A stretch of 64,000 bases of DNA from an uncultured Chroococcidiopsis sp. (GCA_964248365.1 CAXTYC010000005.1:32001-96000), one strand, 5' to 3'. Positions 41,249 through 51,576 are shown, counted from the stretch's first letter. Numbers and translations: made by a program. Notes: a model not told the origin generated them from the letters alone.

Positions 41249-41911
41249 CTAAAGCTTATCCAATTGCGATCGCAAATCTTCCAATTCTACATCAACGATT
41301 TCAACTGCGTCAGCGTTCGATAGTGAATTATGATTTTGAGTCGAGGTTGAACTAACAAGTGCTTTTTTTAATTTTTCTAATTCATCATCTATGTCTTCAA
41401 CGGTGATGAACTGATTAAACTCATCTCTACTGTTTAGCTCAAAATCTACATCAATATTCGTTTGTGACAGCAGGTTTCTCACATCGTCTAAAATAGCGGA
41501 GTTATGTTTGAGTAGCTTACTTATAGCGACTTGCTGATTCACAAGTTGAGTATTCATAGCTTCTAGCTCACTTTCAACTTTGTGCAATCGCATTTTTAAA
41601 TCGTTACTAGGTAGCTTAGCTATGGTTTTAAAATCAGCTTCTATCTGCTTTTTTAAAAAAACTTTATGTTTTAGATTAGCTACTCTTTCTGTTTGTTCAT
41701 CTAGCAATTTAAAATTACCTGCTTTTTTTGCATAGATATTTTGGCGAAATTGTGCTTCTTGAATTAAATCTTCTCGACCTGCTTTGAGAGCACGTTGATA
41801 ACGTTGTTTCCATTTATCTGCTTCGGCTTGGGCTTCCTTATAATCACGTTGAGCAATAGTTTGGGCTTGTATATTAGCGGCAAGGACTGACTGAAGTTGA
41901 GAATAGTCCAT
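41249..41911 (-). CDS. Truncated/divergent PspA/IM30 (Vipp1-like) coiled-coil protein
   Basis: W..R..AL.AGREDL..EA..R motif; C-terminal IDDELEKLK and VDVELEDLRSQLDKL. Confidence 0.65.
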   Translation of the reverse strand: MDYSQLQSVLAANIQAQTIAQRDYKEAQAEADKWKQRYQRALKAGREDLIQEAQFRQNIYAKKAGNFKLLDEQTERVANLKHKVFLKKQIEADFKTIAKLPSNDLKMRLHKVESELEAMNTQLVNQQVAISKLLKHNSAILDDVRNLLSQTNIDVDFELNSRDEFNQFITVEDIDDELEKLKKALVSSTSTQNHNSLSNADAVEIVDVELEDLRSQLDKL

Positions 41912-41950
41912 AGGTGGGTGTTCTTGTTTTCTTGCGAACCTCTTTCACTT

Positions 41951-41959
41951 AGTATTCCC
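41951..41959 (-). promoter_or_regulatory. Putative SigJ/SigF-type box (GGGAATACT) upstream of the Vipp1-like gene
   Basis: AGTATTCCC on the + strand, 40 nt upstream of the ATG at 41911. Confidence 0.55.
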
Positions 41960-42063
41960 AATTCCGCTTCAGTCTTCACAAAATGTATAACTTGGTGTAT
42001 TACTTTGTGTACTTTGCGTCTAACGCCCTTCGGGCTTCGCTTCGCTGGTGCGGTTCGTATCTC

Positions 42064-42303
42064 TTACCAAGTTGGATCAACATAGAGATTAATCGTCAAC
42101 TCCTCTCGCCCTGGTGGTACGGCTGTAATACAAGCACGAATAGTATTTCCCCCTTCTATCTCCACTTCGCAGGCGTGACACGTACCCATTAAGCAGCCAG
42201 TAGGAATCATCACCCCAGCTCTATCTGCTACATCTAGCAGGGCTTCTCCTACTTGTGCTTCAACAGTTACATTATCGGGTAAGAAATGTACACGCACTGC
42301 CAT
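42064..42303 (-). CDS. Small 2Fe-2S ferredoxin
   Basis: GCLMGTCHAC...C. Confidence 0.9.
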   Translation of the reverse strand: MAVRVHFLPDNVTVEAQVGEALLDVADRAGVMIPTGCLMGTCHACEVEIEGGNTIRACITAVPPGREELTINLYVDPTW

Positions 42304-42308
42304 TATTT

Positions 42309-43799
42309 CTACTCTTTTGATGACAAAATTGGTGTTAGATCTAAATGTGCCTCAACTATACTGGCGAGGGAATCTAACATGGCTTCTCGCTGTTCGCGGT
42401 AGTTGGAAATACCAGTAGGTAAAGATTTTAGTCCTCTTTGTTGCCGTAGGCGATTTAACCAAGCGCGTCGCCAAGGACCATTGTCAAATATTCCGTGCAG
42501 ATAGGTTCCCCAGACTAATTGAGAATTATCTACCATGCCGAGACTTGCATCTTCAAACAATTGATGGTATGAGGAAGCTGGAGGAGTTGGGGTTTCGATG
42601 GGGCGCGATCGCCCTTGATGAATTTCATATCCAGTTACAGGTAAGCCACTTTGCGGAAAGTTAGAAATTACAGTTCGTTGGCGGGCAACTTTATGACCTG
42701 TAATTACGGTTCTAATCGGAAACAGCCCCAATCCGTAAAACCTGCCTGCTTCACCTTCTACTCCTTCAGGATCGGCTAGCTGTTGTCCCATGATTTGGAA
42801 GCCGCCACAAATCCCTAAAACGGTTCCACCTGCTGCGGCATAGTTTTGAATCGCTTTTGCCATGCCAGTTTTATGTAGAAGTAGCAAATCGGGGATGGAT
42901 GTTTTAGTACCAGGAATAATTACAGCATCGGGATGTCCTAATTCGTGTTTGGGGCTGAGGTATCTTAAACCTACACAGGCTTCTGCTTCTAGCGGATCAA
43001 AATCGGTAAAGTTAGAAATTCGCGGTAAGCGGATTACTACGATATTCAGGTCGCTATTCGTTTTGGTGGTTGTGCGTTCAAATAAATCGAGTGAATCTTC
43101 AGAGGGGAATGTTTGATCGATCCAAGGAATAACGCCCAAAACAGGAATTCCTGTCCGTTCTTCTAGCCATTTGATGCCTGGTTCTAAAAGCGATCGCTGT
43201 CCCCGAAATTTATTGATGATCACGCCACGAATTAAAGCGCGTTCCTCTGGTTCTAACAACTCCAATGTGCCTACAACATGAGCAAAAGCACCGCCACGAT
43301 CAATATCAACTACTAGGACGGTTGGTGCGTTCAAATGTTTCGCCACGCGCATATTAGTTAAATCGCGGTGCTTGAGGTTTATCTCAGCTGGACTCCCCGC
43401 ACCTTCACATACAATCAGATCAAACTCTGATGTCAAATGACGTAAAGAGTCTTCAATTGCCTGCCACCCTGGTTGAAAATATTGCTCGTAGTAATCCGCT
43501 GCACCCACCCTACCCACAGATTTACCTTTAATAATTACCTGGGATGTCATATCCCCTTGGGGTTTGAGTAAAATCGGATTCATTTCTACCGTTGGAGAAA
43601 CGCCAGCAGCCCAAGCTTGTACTGCCTGGGCGTAGCCAATTTCGCCCCCGTTGATGGTGACATAAGCGTTCAAAGCCATATTTTGCCCTTTGAACGGGGC
43701 TACTCGCCAGCCACGCCGCGCCAAAATCCGGCAAATAGCGGCGGTTATCAGGGATTTTCCAGCGTGGGATGTGGTTCCCACTATCATAATTGCTTTCAT
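42309..43799 (-). CDS. cobQ: Cobyric acid synthase
   Basis: GTTSHAGKS, PFKGQNM, EGAGSPAEINL, GICGGFQ, GTYLHG. Confidence 0.96.
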   Translation of the reverse strand: MKAIMIVGTTSHAGKSLITAAICRILARRGWRVAPFKGQNMALNAYVTINGGEIGYAQAVQAWAAGVSPTVEMNPILLKPQGDMTSQVIIKGKSVGRVGAADYYEQYFQPGWQAIEDSLRHLTSEFDLIVCEGAGSPAEINLKHRDLTNMRVAKHLNAPTVLVVDIDRGGAFAHVVGTLELLEPEERALIRGVIINKFRGQRSLLEPGIKWLEERTGIPVLGVIPWIDQTFPSEDSLDLFERTTTKTNSDLNIVVIRLPRISNFTDFDPLEAEACVGLRYLSPKHELGHPDAVIIPGTKTSIPDLLLLHKTGMAKAIQNYAAAGGTVLGICGGFQIMGQQLADPEGVEGEAGRFYGLGLFPIRTVITGHKVARQRTVISNFPQSGLPVTGYEIHQGRSRPIETPTPPASSYHQLFEDASLGMVDNSQLVWGTYLHGIFDNGPWRRAWLNRLRQQRGLKSLPTGISNYREQREAMLDSLASIVEAHLDLTPILSSKE

Positions 43800-44056
43800 A
43801 AACAGCTACGAGCCGTGTTTAAATAAGGGCAGTTTCATTCTTCATTTTTCCCGTTTTCTGCTCATTCTTAACTTTTGATGCTAATTTCTTTTTTTATAGT
43901 TAAGTCTTCTTTACTAGACGTATTGCATAAGGAGCTTAGTGCGAGACTTTTTGCGTCCGAACGATCGCGCCTTTGCGCGGACACTTTGCTCAAGTCGGGA
44001 AACCCGCCCACGCAAGTGTCCTTGTCTTTGCGAGAAACAAAAAAAAGACTTTCTAT

Positions 44057-44464
44057 TTAAAACGGTAGGCTTAACAACCGACTCAAGGCATTATAGAAGC
44101 GATTCACCCATGAGGGAGTACCCCAACTTCCTGTTTGTTGGTACTGCTCTAGTAGCATTCTACCTAGTGGAGTCAGGCGAAAACTATCTGTAATTCCCTG
44201 TCCATCTACCTCTCGCCGCAGTACACCTACTTGAATCAGCCACAACAGTTGATTTTCAACGGCTAACTCAGACAAAGGACGTTGGGTGTAGCTATTGTCG
44301 AAACCCTCGCTGTGTGCGATCGCGTTGACTGGCACACTTTGATCGCGCATCGTCTCCAATAGATGCACCTTGAAAGGAGAACAAACAAGCGATCGCCTCG
44401 CACGTTCTACAGTATGGCTCAGATAAGCAAATGATTTTGTTCCTTTAGTCTCAATCATTGTCAT
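44057..44464 (-). CDS. Npun_F0494-like conserved cyanobacterial protein
   Basis: CSPF, WLIQVGVLRREVDGQGITDSFRLTPLG; next to cobQ. Confidence 0.8.
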   Translation of the reverse strand: MTMIETKGTKSFAYLSHTVERARRSLVCSPFKVHLLETMRDQSVPVNAIAHSEGFDNSYTQRPLSELAVENQLLWLIQVGVLRREVDGQGITDSFRLTPLGRMLLEQYQQTGSWGTPSWVNRFYNALSRLLSLPF

Positions 44465-44710
44465 TTTGTATCTTCCTATACAGTTTTTCTTAATAGATTA
44501 TTGATATCTATATTTTTCAGTACTAGCTATCCATTTTAGACAGTATTGCTTGAGTAGGGGAGGGTTTTTAGGAGTTATCTGAAGGTTTACAAGTATGTTT
44601 GATAAACCCGCCCGTACGGTAGTTGTCGTCTTTTGAAGGTGGATAAATCGTAATTTAAACATTACAAACCGTAAATTTGTACACGTAAGCGTTGTTTTTC
44701 AGAAATAATT

Positions 44711-44852
44711 AAATAGCTTCTAGGGTTCCGGTTTGAGTTGGCGTATTATTTCCGACTTAAATGACTGGTCCAAGAGAAGCAGCCAGCCTTTAAATGTTTG
44801 TCGCATATAGCGGCACATTGGTGGTACACGGCGGGATAAAAGCCCGGGAGTA
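44711..44852 (+). ncRNA. Guanidine-I (ykkC-yxkD) riboswitch aptamer
   Basis: CTAGGGTTCCG ... CTGGTCCAAGAG ... ACACGGCGGGATAAAAGCCCGGGAG consensus segments, upstream of guanidine genes. Confidence 0.93.
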
Positions 44853-44900
44853 GTAAATAACAGTGTTTAACTGTTGTTGCTTGTCCTGGGTTATTTTATT
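44841..44900 (+). terminator. Riboswitch expression-platform terminator
   Basis: AGCCCGGGA...AACAG pairs with CTGTT...TCCTGGGTT, followed by a T-rich tract; overlaps the aptamer 3' end. Confidence 0.7.
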
Positions 44901-44943
44901 GCAGTTGAAGTGGAAAATTAGTAGGATTTGAGGATATAGAATC

Positions 44944-46149
44944 ATGACTGAACGCGATCGCCCACTTGAAGAAAGTCTAGATTCACATTCACAACAACCA
45001 CCCACTGAAGCTGAAAGAGCTTTAGAAAAAGAAGCAAGATTACCTTTGACTGGTTGGCAACAAGAAGTATCAAGAGGTTTAGAATATGGTTTAGAAGCAG
45101 CACAAAGTATAGGCGATCGCTCGATTCCCACATTCTCCAGAGGAGAATTACCCCACTTTGCTGGGATCAACACTTTCCTCAAAGCACCTTACTTAGAAGA
45201 TGTGCGTAAAGTTGGAGAATACGATGTTGCAGTTGTCGGCGTTCCCCATGATTCTGGCACAACTTATCGCCCTGGAACACGTTTTGGTCCCCAAGGCATT
45301 CGACGTATTTCAGCGCTTTATACACCCTATAGCTTTGAATTAGGTGTTGATCTACGAGAACAAATCACTTTATGTGATGTGGGAGATATTTTTACAATTC
45401 CAGCTAATAACGAAAAGTCATTCGATCAGATTTCTAAAGGAATTGCCCACATTTTTAGTTCTGGTGCTTTTCCAATTATTTTAGGCGGAGATCATTCGAT
45501 TGGCTACCCTACTGTACGGGGAATTTGCCGTCATTTAGGTGATAAAAAAGTGGGAATTATTCACTTTGATCGCCATGTGGATACGCAAGAGACAGACTTA
45601 GATGAACGGATGCATACTTGTCCTTGGTTTCATGCCACAAATATCAAAAATGCACCACCAAAAAACTTAGTGCAATTAGGTATAGGTGGCTGGCAAGTTC
45701 CCCGTGAAGGTGTGAAATTTTATCGAGAACGAGCAAGTAATGTTTTGACGGTAACAGACATTACAGAAATGGGATTAGATGCAGCCGTAGAATTTGCTTT
45801 ATCAAGAGCTTTAGATGGTACAGATTGCGTTTATATCAGTTTTGATATTGACTGCATTGATGCTGGTTTTGTCCCTGGTACTGGATGGCCAGAACCAGGC
45901 GGTCTAATGCCTCGTGAAGCTCTTTATATGCTGGGCAAAATTATCCAACGCGCTCCTATTTGTGGTTTAGAAGTTGTAGAAGTTTCTCCACCTTACGACA
46001 TTAGCGATATTACTGCATTAATGGCGGCAAGGGTAATTTGTGACACTATGGGTCATTTGGTAGTCTCAGGTCAATTACCCCGAAAAGAAAAACCCGCTTA
46101 CATTCACCCAGAAGCTCAACCGGAATTAGTCAATGAGTGGACGAGGTAA
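44944..46149 (+). CDS. gdmH: Ni-dependent guanidine hydrolase (ureohydrolase family)
   Basis: GGDHS, HFDRHVD, SFDIDCID, GTGWPEPGG; riboswitch upstream; hypA/hypB-like and ABC genes downstream. Confidence 0.9.
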   Translation: MTERDRPLEESLDSHSQQPPTEAERALEKEARLPLTGWQQEVSRGLEYGLEAAQSIGDRSIPTFSRGELPHFAGINTFLKAPYLEDVRKVGEYDVAVVGVPHDSGTTYRPGTRFGPQGIRRISALYTPYSFELGVDLREQITLCDVGDIFTIPANNEKSFDQISKGIAHIFSSGAFPIILGGDHSIGYPTVRGICRHLGDKKVGIIHFDRHVDTQETDLDERMHTCPWFHATNIKNAPPKNLVQLGIGGWQVPREGVKFYRERASNVLTVTDITEMGLDAAVEFALSRALDGTDCVYISFDIDCIDAGFVPGTGWPEPGGLMPREALYMLGKIIQRAPICGLEVVEVSPPYDISDITALMAARVICDTMGHLVVSGQLPRKEKPAYIHPEAQPELVNEWTR

Positions 46150-46152
46150 GCT

Positions 46153-46533
46153 ATGCATGAAACTGACATGACTAAAGCGTTAATTATAACGCTTAAAGAT
46201 TGGTGGGAATCACAGCCTGAACGTCCTCAAGTTTCCTGCATTCACTTAATTGTCGGTAAATTCACTTGTGTTGAACCTATGAGTTTACAATTTGCCTTTG
46301 AGGTGCAATCTCGTAACACCTTTTTAGATGGGGCAAAGTTAGTTATTCAAGAAACGCCTTTAATTGCGTTTTGTCATCGTTGCCAACAAGAATATAAACC
46401 GGAAATTGGCATTCAATACGCCTGCCCTGAATGTCATTTTCCGATGGAGGATATTCGTTCAGGGCGAGAACTAAAAATTGATCGAATCGAATATTGTTTT
46501 GATACAACAGAAGTTTATGCACCAAACATTTGA
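46153..46533 (+). CDS. ghaA: HypA-like Ni metallochaperone for GdmH
   Basis: MHE start, CxxC...CPxC, SGREL. Confidence 0.88.
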   Translation: MHETDMTKALIITLKDWWESQPERPQVSCIHLIVGKFTCVEPMSLQFAFEVQSRNTFLDGAKLVIQETPLIAFCHRCQQEYKPEIGIQYACPECHFPMEDIRSGRELKIDRIEYCFDTTEVYAPNI

Positions 46534-47221
46534 TGCAGCATTAGGTATTAATTTACTCCATGCCAATCAGCAGGGAGCAGATCATAATCGCGCTCATTTT
46601 AACGAGTGGGGAATTACTTGTTTCAATATTATGAGCAGTCCAGGCGCTGGTAAAACTGTGCTTTTGGAACGCACTCTAGCTGCTTTGAAAGATGAGTTAA
46701 AAATTGCAGTTATTGAAGGCGATATGACAACTGATTTGGATGCAAATCGCCTGCGTCAATATGGAGTCCCAGTAATTGCGATTAATACAGGGCGATCGTG
46801 TCATTTAGATTCCAAAATGGTAGCTGGGGGAATTCACCAACTCGAACATTTATATAATCCCTCAGATTTTGATTTGGTGTTAGTAGAAAATGTCGGCAAT
46901 TTAGTTTGTCCAGCCGAATTTGAAGTAGGAGAACACGCAAAGGTAGCGCTTTTAAGCGTAACTGAAGGAGAAGATAAGCCGCTGAAGTATCCAATTATGT
47001 TTCAGGAAGCAGATTGTTTGCTAATTACAAAAATGGATTTAGCGCCTTATCTAGAAATTGATGTTAGTCAAATAGAGGCAAATGTTCGCCAAATGAATCC
47101 TGATGTCACAATAATTCCTGTTTGTGCGAAAACAGGTGAGGGATTAGAAGCTTGGTTTAATTGGGTACGAGAAAAAATACAAATACATTCCCCACTCAGC
47201 ATCAAGCTAGCTAAGAAATAA
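46517..47221 (+). CDS. ghaB: HypB-like GTPase Ni chaperone for GdmH
   Basis: [33 protein letters not shown]; overlaps the ghaA end. Confidence 0.88.
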   Translation: MHQTFDAALGINLLHANQQGADHNRAHFNEWGITCFNIMSSPGAGKTVLLERTLAALKDELKIAVIEGDMTTDLDANRLRQYGVPVIAINTGRSCHLDSKMVAGGIHQLEHLYNPSDFDLVLVENVGNLVCPAEFEVGEHAKVALLSVTEGEDKPLKYPIMFQEADCLLITKMDLAPYLEIDVSQIEANVRQMNPDVTIIPVCAKTGEGLEAWFNWVREKIQIHSPLSIKLAKK

Positions 47222-47357
47222 ACTTCTTGCATAAAGAGCTTAGCCCTTCTTTTTGCGTTCTTACTTTGCGACTTTGCGACTTTGCGCGAAACAAAATAAG
47301 TTCTACCTCACAAAGCACAAGATACGAGATGAGCTTGCTAATTAGAAAGTAAAATCG

Positions 47358-48377
47358 ATGAAAGTTCGTAACCTTCTATTTCTGTTCAGTGTATTTTTAG
47401 TCAGTTTAGTTGTTGCAGTCAGTTGCACTTCCCCCTCTTCTCAAAATTCATCAGCAGCAAATTCAATTCAAATGGGTTTTAGTGCTTGGCCTGGTTGGTT
47501 TCCTTGGCAAGTTGCTCATGAAGCAAAGCTATTTGATGCTAACAAAGTTTCAGTAGATTTGAAGTGGTTTGATGGGTATTTGGATTCAATTAATGCCTTG
47601 ACAGCAAGACAATTAGATGCTAATACTCAAACTTTGAATGATACGGTTAGTTCAGTTGCAGCTGGAGCCGATATAGTCATTGTTTTAGTTAATGATAATT
47701 CGACTGGCAATGACCAAATTATTGTCCGCGAGGGTATTAATAGCGTTGCTGATTTGAAAGGTAAAAAAGTTGCGGCAGAAGAAGGAACAGTCGATCATTT
47801 TCTATTATTACAAGGCTTGAGAAAAGCTGGGATGTCACAAGCAGATATTGATTTTCAACCGTTGGAAACAGGCGCAGCCGCAGCAGCATTTGTAGCAGGA
47901 AAAGTTGATGCAGTAGGTGTTTTTGCACCTTTCACAAATAAAGCAATTGAACGTCGTGGCAGTAAAGTGCTATTTAGTTCTAAAGACTTTCCAGGCTCAA
48001 TTCCAGATCATTTAGTAGTTAGCCGGAAGCTAATTAACGAGCGATCGCAAGATGTACAAGCATTGGTAAATACATGGTTTGACACTTTAGACTTCATCCG
48101 TACCAACCCAGAAAAAGCCTACGCTATTATGGCTCAACGAGCTGGAGTTACGGTTGCAGAATACAAAAAATATGATGCTGGAACCAAGATATTTAGCATT
48201 GAAGAGAATTTAAAAGCCTTCCAGCCTGGTAAAGATATGTCATCCTTACCTTATGCAGCCCAACAAATTAGCAAATTTTTAGTTGAAGCTAATCTTGCTA
48301 AACAGGCTCCAGATCTAAGTAAAATCTTTGACGATCGCTTTGTGAAAGCTTACGCAACTTCTCGCAAAAGTAAGTAG
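47358..48377 (+). CDS. ABC transporter substrate-binding lipoprotein (putative guanidine)
   Basis: Lipobox AVSC, SAWPGW, DNSTGND; operon context. Confidence 0.85.
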   Translation: MKVRNLLFLFSVFLVSLVVAVSCTSPSSQNSSAANSIQMGFSAWPGWFPWQVAHEAKLFDANKVSVDLKWFDGYLDSINALTARQLDANTQTLNDTVSSVAAGADIVIVLVNDNSTGNDQIIVREGINSVADLKGKKVAAEEGTVDHFLLLQGLRKAGMSQADIDFQPLETGAAAAAFVAGKVDAVGVFAPFTNKAIERRGSKVLFSSKDFPGSIPDHLVVSRKLINERSQDVQALVNTWFDTLDFIRTNPEKAYAIMAQRAGVTVAEYKKYDAGTKIFSIEENLKAFQPGKDMSSLPYAAQQISKFLVEANLAKQAPDLSKIFDDRFVKAYATSRKSK

Positions 48378-48530
48378 AAATAGCGCTTACAATATCTTTC
48401 TCTGAGTAACATATTGTGTATTAGTCTATACCTATTGTGAAGCTTACGTAATTTCTCGTAAAACTAGGTATAAATACCACTTACGGATTTTTTCCCCTAG
48501 AGTAATATATATTGTATTGTCATATACCTA
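48340..48530 (+). repeat. Degenerate ~95-bp tandem duplication of the SBP 3' end and downstream DNA
   Basis: 48340-48434 versus 48435-48530; both start TTGTGAA(A)GCTTACG and end TATACCTA. Confidence 0.75.
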
Positions 48531-48662
48531 GGGGAAGATTTTGGCAAAAATTGAATTTCTTGATTAATTCTGTAGCCTAGCTAGCAGTTTGTGGCAAGCG
48601 TTTAAGTCATATTGCCATGTTATAGATATAAATTTGAAAAGTTTTTTGAAAAAATCAATTAA

Positions 48663-49484
48663 ATGAGTTCAAACGAGCATAAAAAAATGTTATCACAAAC
48701 CGTTTTTTGGCGGATTGGTGAGGATATTCCTAAACCATTAAACTGGACTTTAATTGGTTTATCAATTGGAGTTCCTTTTATTCTTTGGTGGGTAATTTCA
48801 AATTCAGGATTAGTACAACCTGCATTTCTTTTGCCCACTCCAGTTCAAGTTGGCTCAGCGCTTTTGCGTCTTTGGCAAAATGGTAGTTTACCAAAAGATA
48901 TTAGCGCAAGTTTGTTTCGAGTGCTTAGTGGCTTTTTGCTAGCAGCAGTTGTTTCGATACCTTTAGGAATTCTCATGGGTGCGTTTGCTAGCATTCGAGC
49001 TTTGCTCGAACCTATTATAGGTATCGTGCGTTATATGCCCGCACCTGCTTTTATACCCTTGCTAGTTTTATATTTTGGATTAGGAGAACTGCCGAAAATT
49101 CTACTTATCTTTATCGGCACATTGTTTTTTAATACATTAATGGTGATGGATGCTGTAAAGTTCGTACCTAAAGAATTAATAGAGACAACTTACACTTTAG
49201 GCGGTCAACGCAGTAATGTTATTCTTAATGTTATTTCGCCCTACGTTTTACCGAGTATTATTGATGCTGGACGTGTCAATATGGCTGCATCTTGGAACTT
49301 GGTAATAGTTGCTGAGTTAGTAGCAGCAACAGAAGGTTTAGGTCGTCGAATAAGTGTTGCTCAAAGATTTCTGAAGACTGATGAAATATTTGCAGGGTTG
49401 ATTGTTATTGGTTTAATTGGTTTTACTATTGATATATTATTTCGCTTACTGCTGCAAGTATCTTCTCGCTGGGCAATGAAGTAG
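48663..49484 (+). CDS. ABC transporter permease (nitrate/sulfonate family)
   Basis: RYMPAPAFIPL, EAA-like loop, VAELVAA. Confidence 0.9.
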   Translation: MSSNEHKKMLSQTVFWRIGEDIPKPLNWTLIGLSIGVPFILWWVISNSGLVQPAFLLPTPVQVGSALLRLWQNGSLPKDISASLFRVLSGFLLAAVVSIPLGILMGAFASIRALLEPIIGIVRYMPAPAFIPLLVLYFGLGELPKILLIFIGTLFFNTLMVMDAVKFVPKELIETTYTLGGQRSNVILNVISPYVLPSIIDAGRVNMAASWNLVIVAELVAATEGLGRRISVAQRFLKTDEIFAGLIVIGLIGFTIDILFRLLLQVSSRWAMK

Positions 49485-49573
49485 TTTGATAAAGATATTA
49501 GCTATTAATGTTGTCTGTGCAAATCAAATTATTTACGTAAAAGATAATAGTTTTAGGCAATTTAGGAGCATTC

Positions 49574-50350
49574 ATGAGTTTACAAGTTTTTAACCTTCAC
49601 AAAGAATTTAAAACTCGTCAAGGTACAGTTGTTGCCCTCAAAGATATCAACTTAAATATTGAACAGGGAGAATTTGTTTGTGCTGTTGGTGCTTCTGGTT
49701 CTGGTAAATCAACTTTATTAAGGCTAATTGCTGGGTTGGATACTCCCACAACTGGCGAAATTCAAGTAGCTGGCATTAATGTGACTGGACCTGGTGCAGA
49801 TCGGGGCATGGTATTTCAAAAGTATACGCTTTACCCTTGGATGAATGTAGCCGAAAATGTGGGATTTGGGTTAAAGCTGCAAGGAGTTTCTAAAGCCCGA
49901 CGCAGGGAAAGAGTGGCACACTATTTAGAAGTTGTAAGATTATCGCAGTTTGCCCATGCATTGCCAAAAGAATTGTCAGGCGGTATGCAGCAGCGAGTAG
50001 CGATCGCCCGCGCCTTAGCGTCTGAACCTAAAATTCTCCTCATGGACGAACCTTTTGGGGCTTTAGATGCTCAAACAAAAGAAACGATGCAACAGTTTCT
50101 TCTAGAATTGTGGAGGCGCACAGGCACAACTATTTTGATGATTACCCATGATGTTGAGGAAGCAGTGTTTCTATCCCAGCGAATTTATGTGCTTACCTCT
50201 CGTCCTGGTACGATCAGAACTGAATTAGTGATGAATTTGCCCAGCGATCGCACTTATCACACTAAAAAACATTCGACTTTCCAAGATTGTAAAGAAACTG
50301 TACTGGATTTACTGCGTGGCGAAGGAGCAAAAGAGCCTGTAGCAGCTTAA
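49574..50350 (+). CDS. ABC transporter ATP-binding protein
   Basis: GASGSGKST, LSGGMQQR, MDEPFGALD. Confidence 0.93.
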   Translation: MSLQVFNLHKEFKTRQGTVVALKDINLNIEQGEFVCAVGASGSGKSTLLRLIAGLDTPTTGEIQVAGINVTGPGADRGMVFQKYTLYPWMNVAENVGFGLKLQGVSKARRRERVAHYLEVVRLSQFAHALPKELSGGMQQRVAIARALASEPKILLMDEPFGALDAQTKETMQQFLLELWRRTGTTILMITHDVEEAVFLSQRIYVLTSRPGTIRTELVMNLPSDRTYHTKKHSTFQDCKETVLDLLRGEGAKEPVAA

Positions 50351-50603
50351 ACCAGACAACTTACACTGTTTCTCCATCTACTTGCACTTTTTACGATCCC
50401 CCTAGCCCCCTTAGAAAGGGGGTTTGGGGGATCGCTCTTCGTGTCATCATCTAGGAAAATTGGTATTACACAGCTGGTTGCACAAAGACGCAAATAACTT
50501 TGCGTCTTTATTTCCCCGCGTGAATTTGTCCTTTAAAGTGAAATAATATTACTGGCGATAATTCGCTTTCTAACTAACCTTTTACCCAAGAGATACTTAA
50601 CTT

Positions 50604-51041
50604 ATGACTTTAGCAGTTGGTACAGATGCACCAGCATTTACAGTCAAAGACACCAATGGTAATACTGTCTCGCTATCTGATTTTGCTGGTAAAACAGTAG
50701 TTTTGTATTTCTACCCGAAAGACGATACCCCAGGTTGCACTAAACAAGCTTGTAGCTTCCGAGATGCTAATGCTGATTATCAAGGTAAAGATTTGGTAGT
50801 GCTGGGAGTCAGTGCAGATGATCAAGCTTCCCACCAGCAATTTACCCAAAAATACAATTTGAATTTTCCCCTACTGGCTGACACCGAAAAAACCATGATC
50901 AAGGAATACGATGTAGATGGTGGTGGTTATGCCAAACGTGTCACCTATGTAATTGACGGCAACGGTAAAATTATTCATGTTGACAGCAGCGTCAATACAT
51001 CTACTCACGCTAGTGATGTTTTGGCAGCAATAGGGAAGTAA
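50604..51041 (+). CDS. bcp: Peroxiredoxin Q/BCP
   Basis: YFYPKDDTPGCTKQAC. Confidence 0.92.
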   Translation: MTLAVGTDAPAFTVKDTNGNTVSLSDFAGKTVVLYFYPKDDTPGCTKQACSFRDANADYQGKDLVVLGVSADDQASHQQFTQKYNLNFPLLADTEKTMIKEYDVDGGGYAKRVTYVIDGNGKIIHVDSSVNTSTHASDVLAAIGK

Positions 51042-51192
51042 TTAGAGGGGCTAGGGGCTAGAGGCTAGAGGCTAGGAAGAGGGGGAGAGTGGGAGAGGGG
51101 GAATCAGGGGAATCTGAAGCAATACTCCCCCCTGCTCCCACGCGAACCTGCGAACCTGCCTCTTACCCCTTTTCCCGCGAAGGGGCAAGAAG

Positions 51193-51576
51193 TCATTTAG
51201 CTACCTGCGGATTGATAGTATTAGCTGGTTGAGCCTGGTTCTGATTTTGAATCCTTTGTAGCTGCCTTTGCCTAAACTGGGCAGCTGCATCATTTAGGCT
51301 GCGATCTTGTTCAGCAGAAAATTCGTTAGTGCTGCGGATAGTGCCAAGCTGAGCGCGCTGCATTAACTGCATAATACCGCCGAATGCATCCCCCTCATTG
51401 GTACGTGAGAATGGATCTCGATTTTCTTGGGTGTTCAAATCTTGTAGGGGATTGGGAGCAGTATTAGGAACAGTATTGACTTGCGCCCAGCTAATTTGAG
51501 GCATCAGCAAGGAAACAAAACCTATGGTTGCTGTACAAACAGCAAGTTTAATAAAAGGTTGAGGTGTAGTTTTCAT
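51193..51576 (-). CDS. Secreted hypothetical protein
   Basis: Signal peptide ending SWAQ; Q/N-rich. Confidence 0.7.
   Translation of the reverse strand: MKTTPQPFIKLAVCTATIGFVSLLMPQISWAQVNTVPNTAPNPLQDLNTQENRDPFSRTNEGDAFGGIMQLMQRAQLGTIRSTNEFSAEQDRSLNDAAAQFRQRQLQRIQNQNQAQPANTINPQVAK

Noticed and set aside
43875..44193. Short + strand ORFs near cobQ
   Set aside because: Derived from a dispersed hairpin repeat (GGACACTT...AAGTGTCC) and antisense overlap
44790..45182. 130-aa minus-strand ORF
   Set aside because: Antisense to the riboswitch and gdmH
44944..46149. Agmatinase (speB)
   Set aside because: Guanidine-I riboswitch, Ni chaperones and the FDRHVD/GTGWPEPGG variants fit guanidine hydrolase better
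46153..47221. hypA/hypB as hydrogenase maturation genes
   Set aside because: No hydrogenase genes nearby; riboswitch and gdmH context indicate GhaA/GhaB
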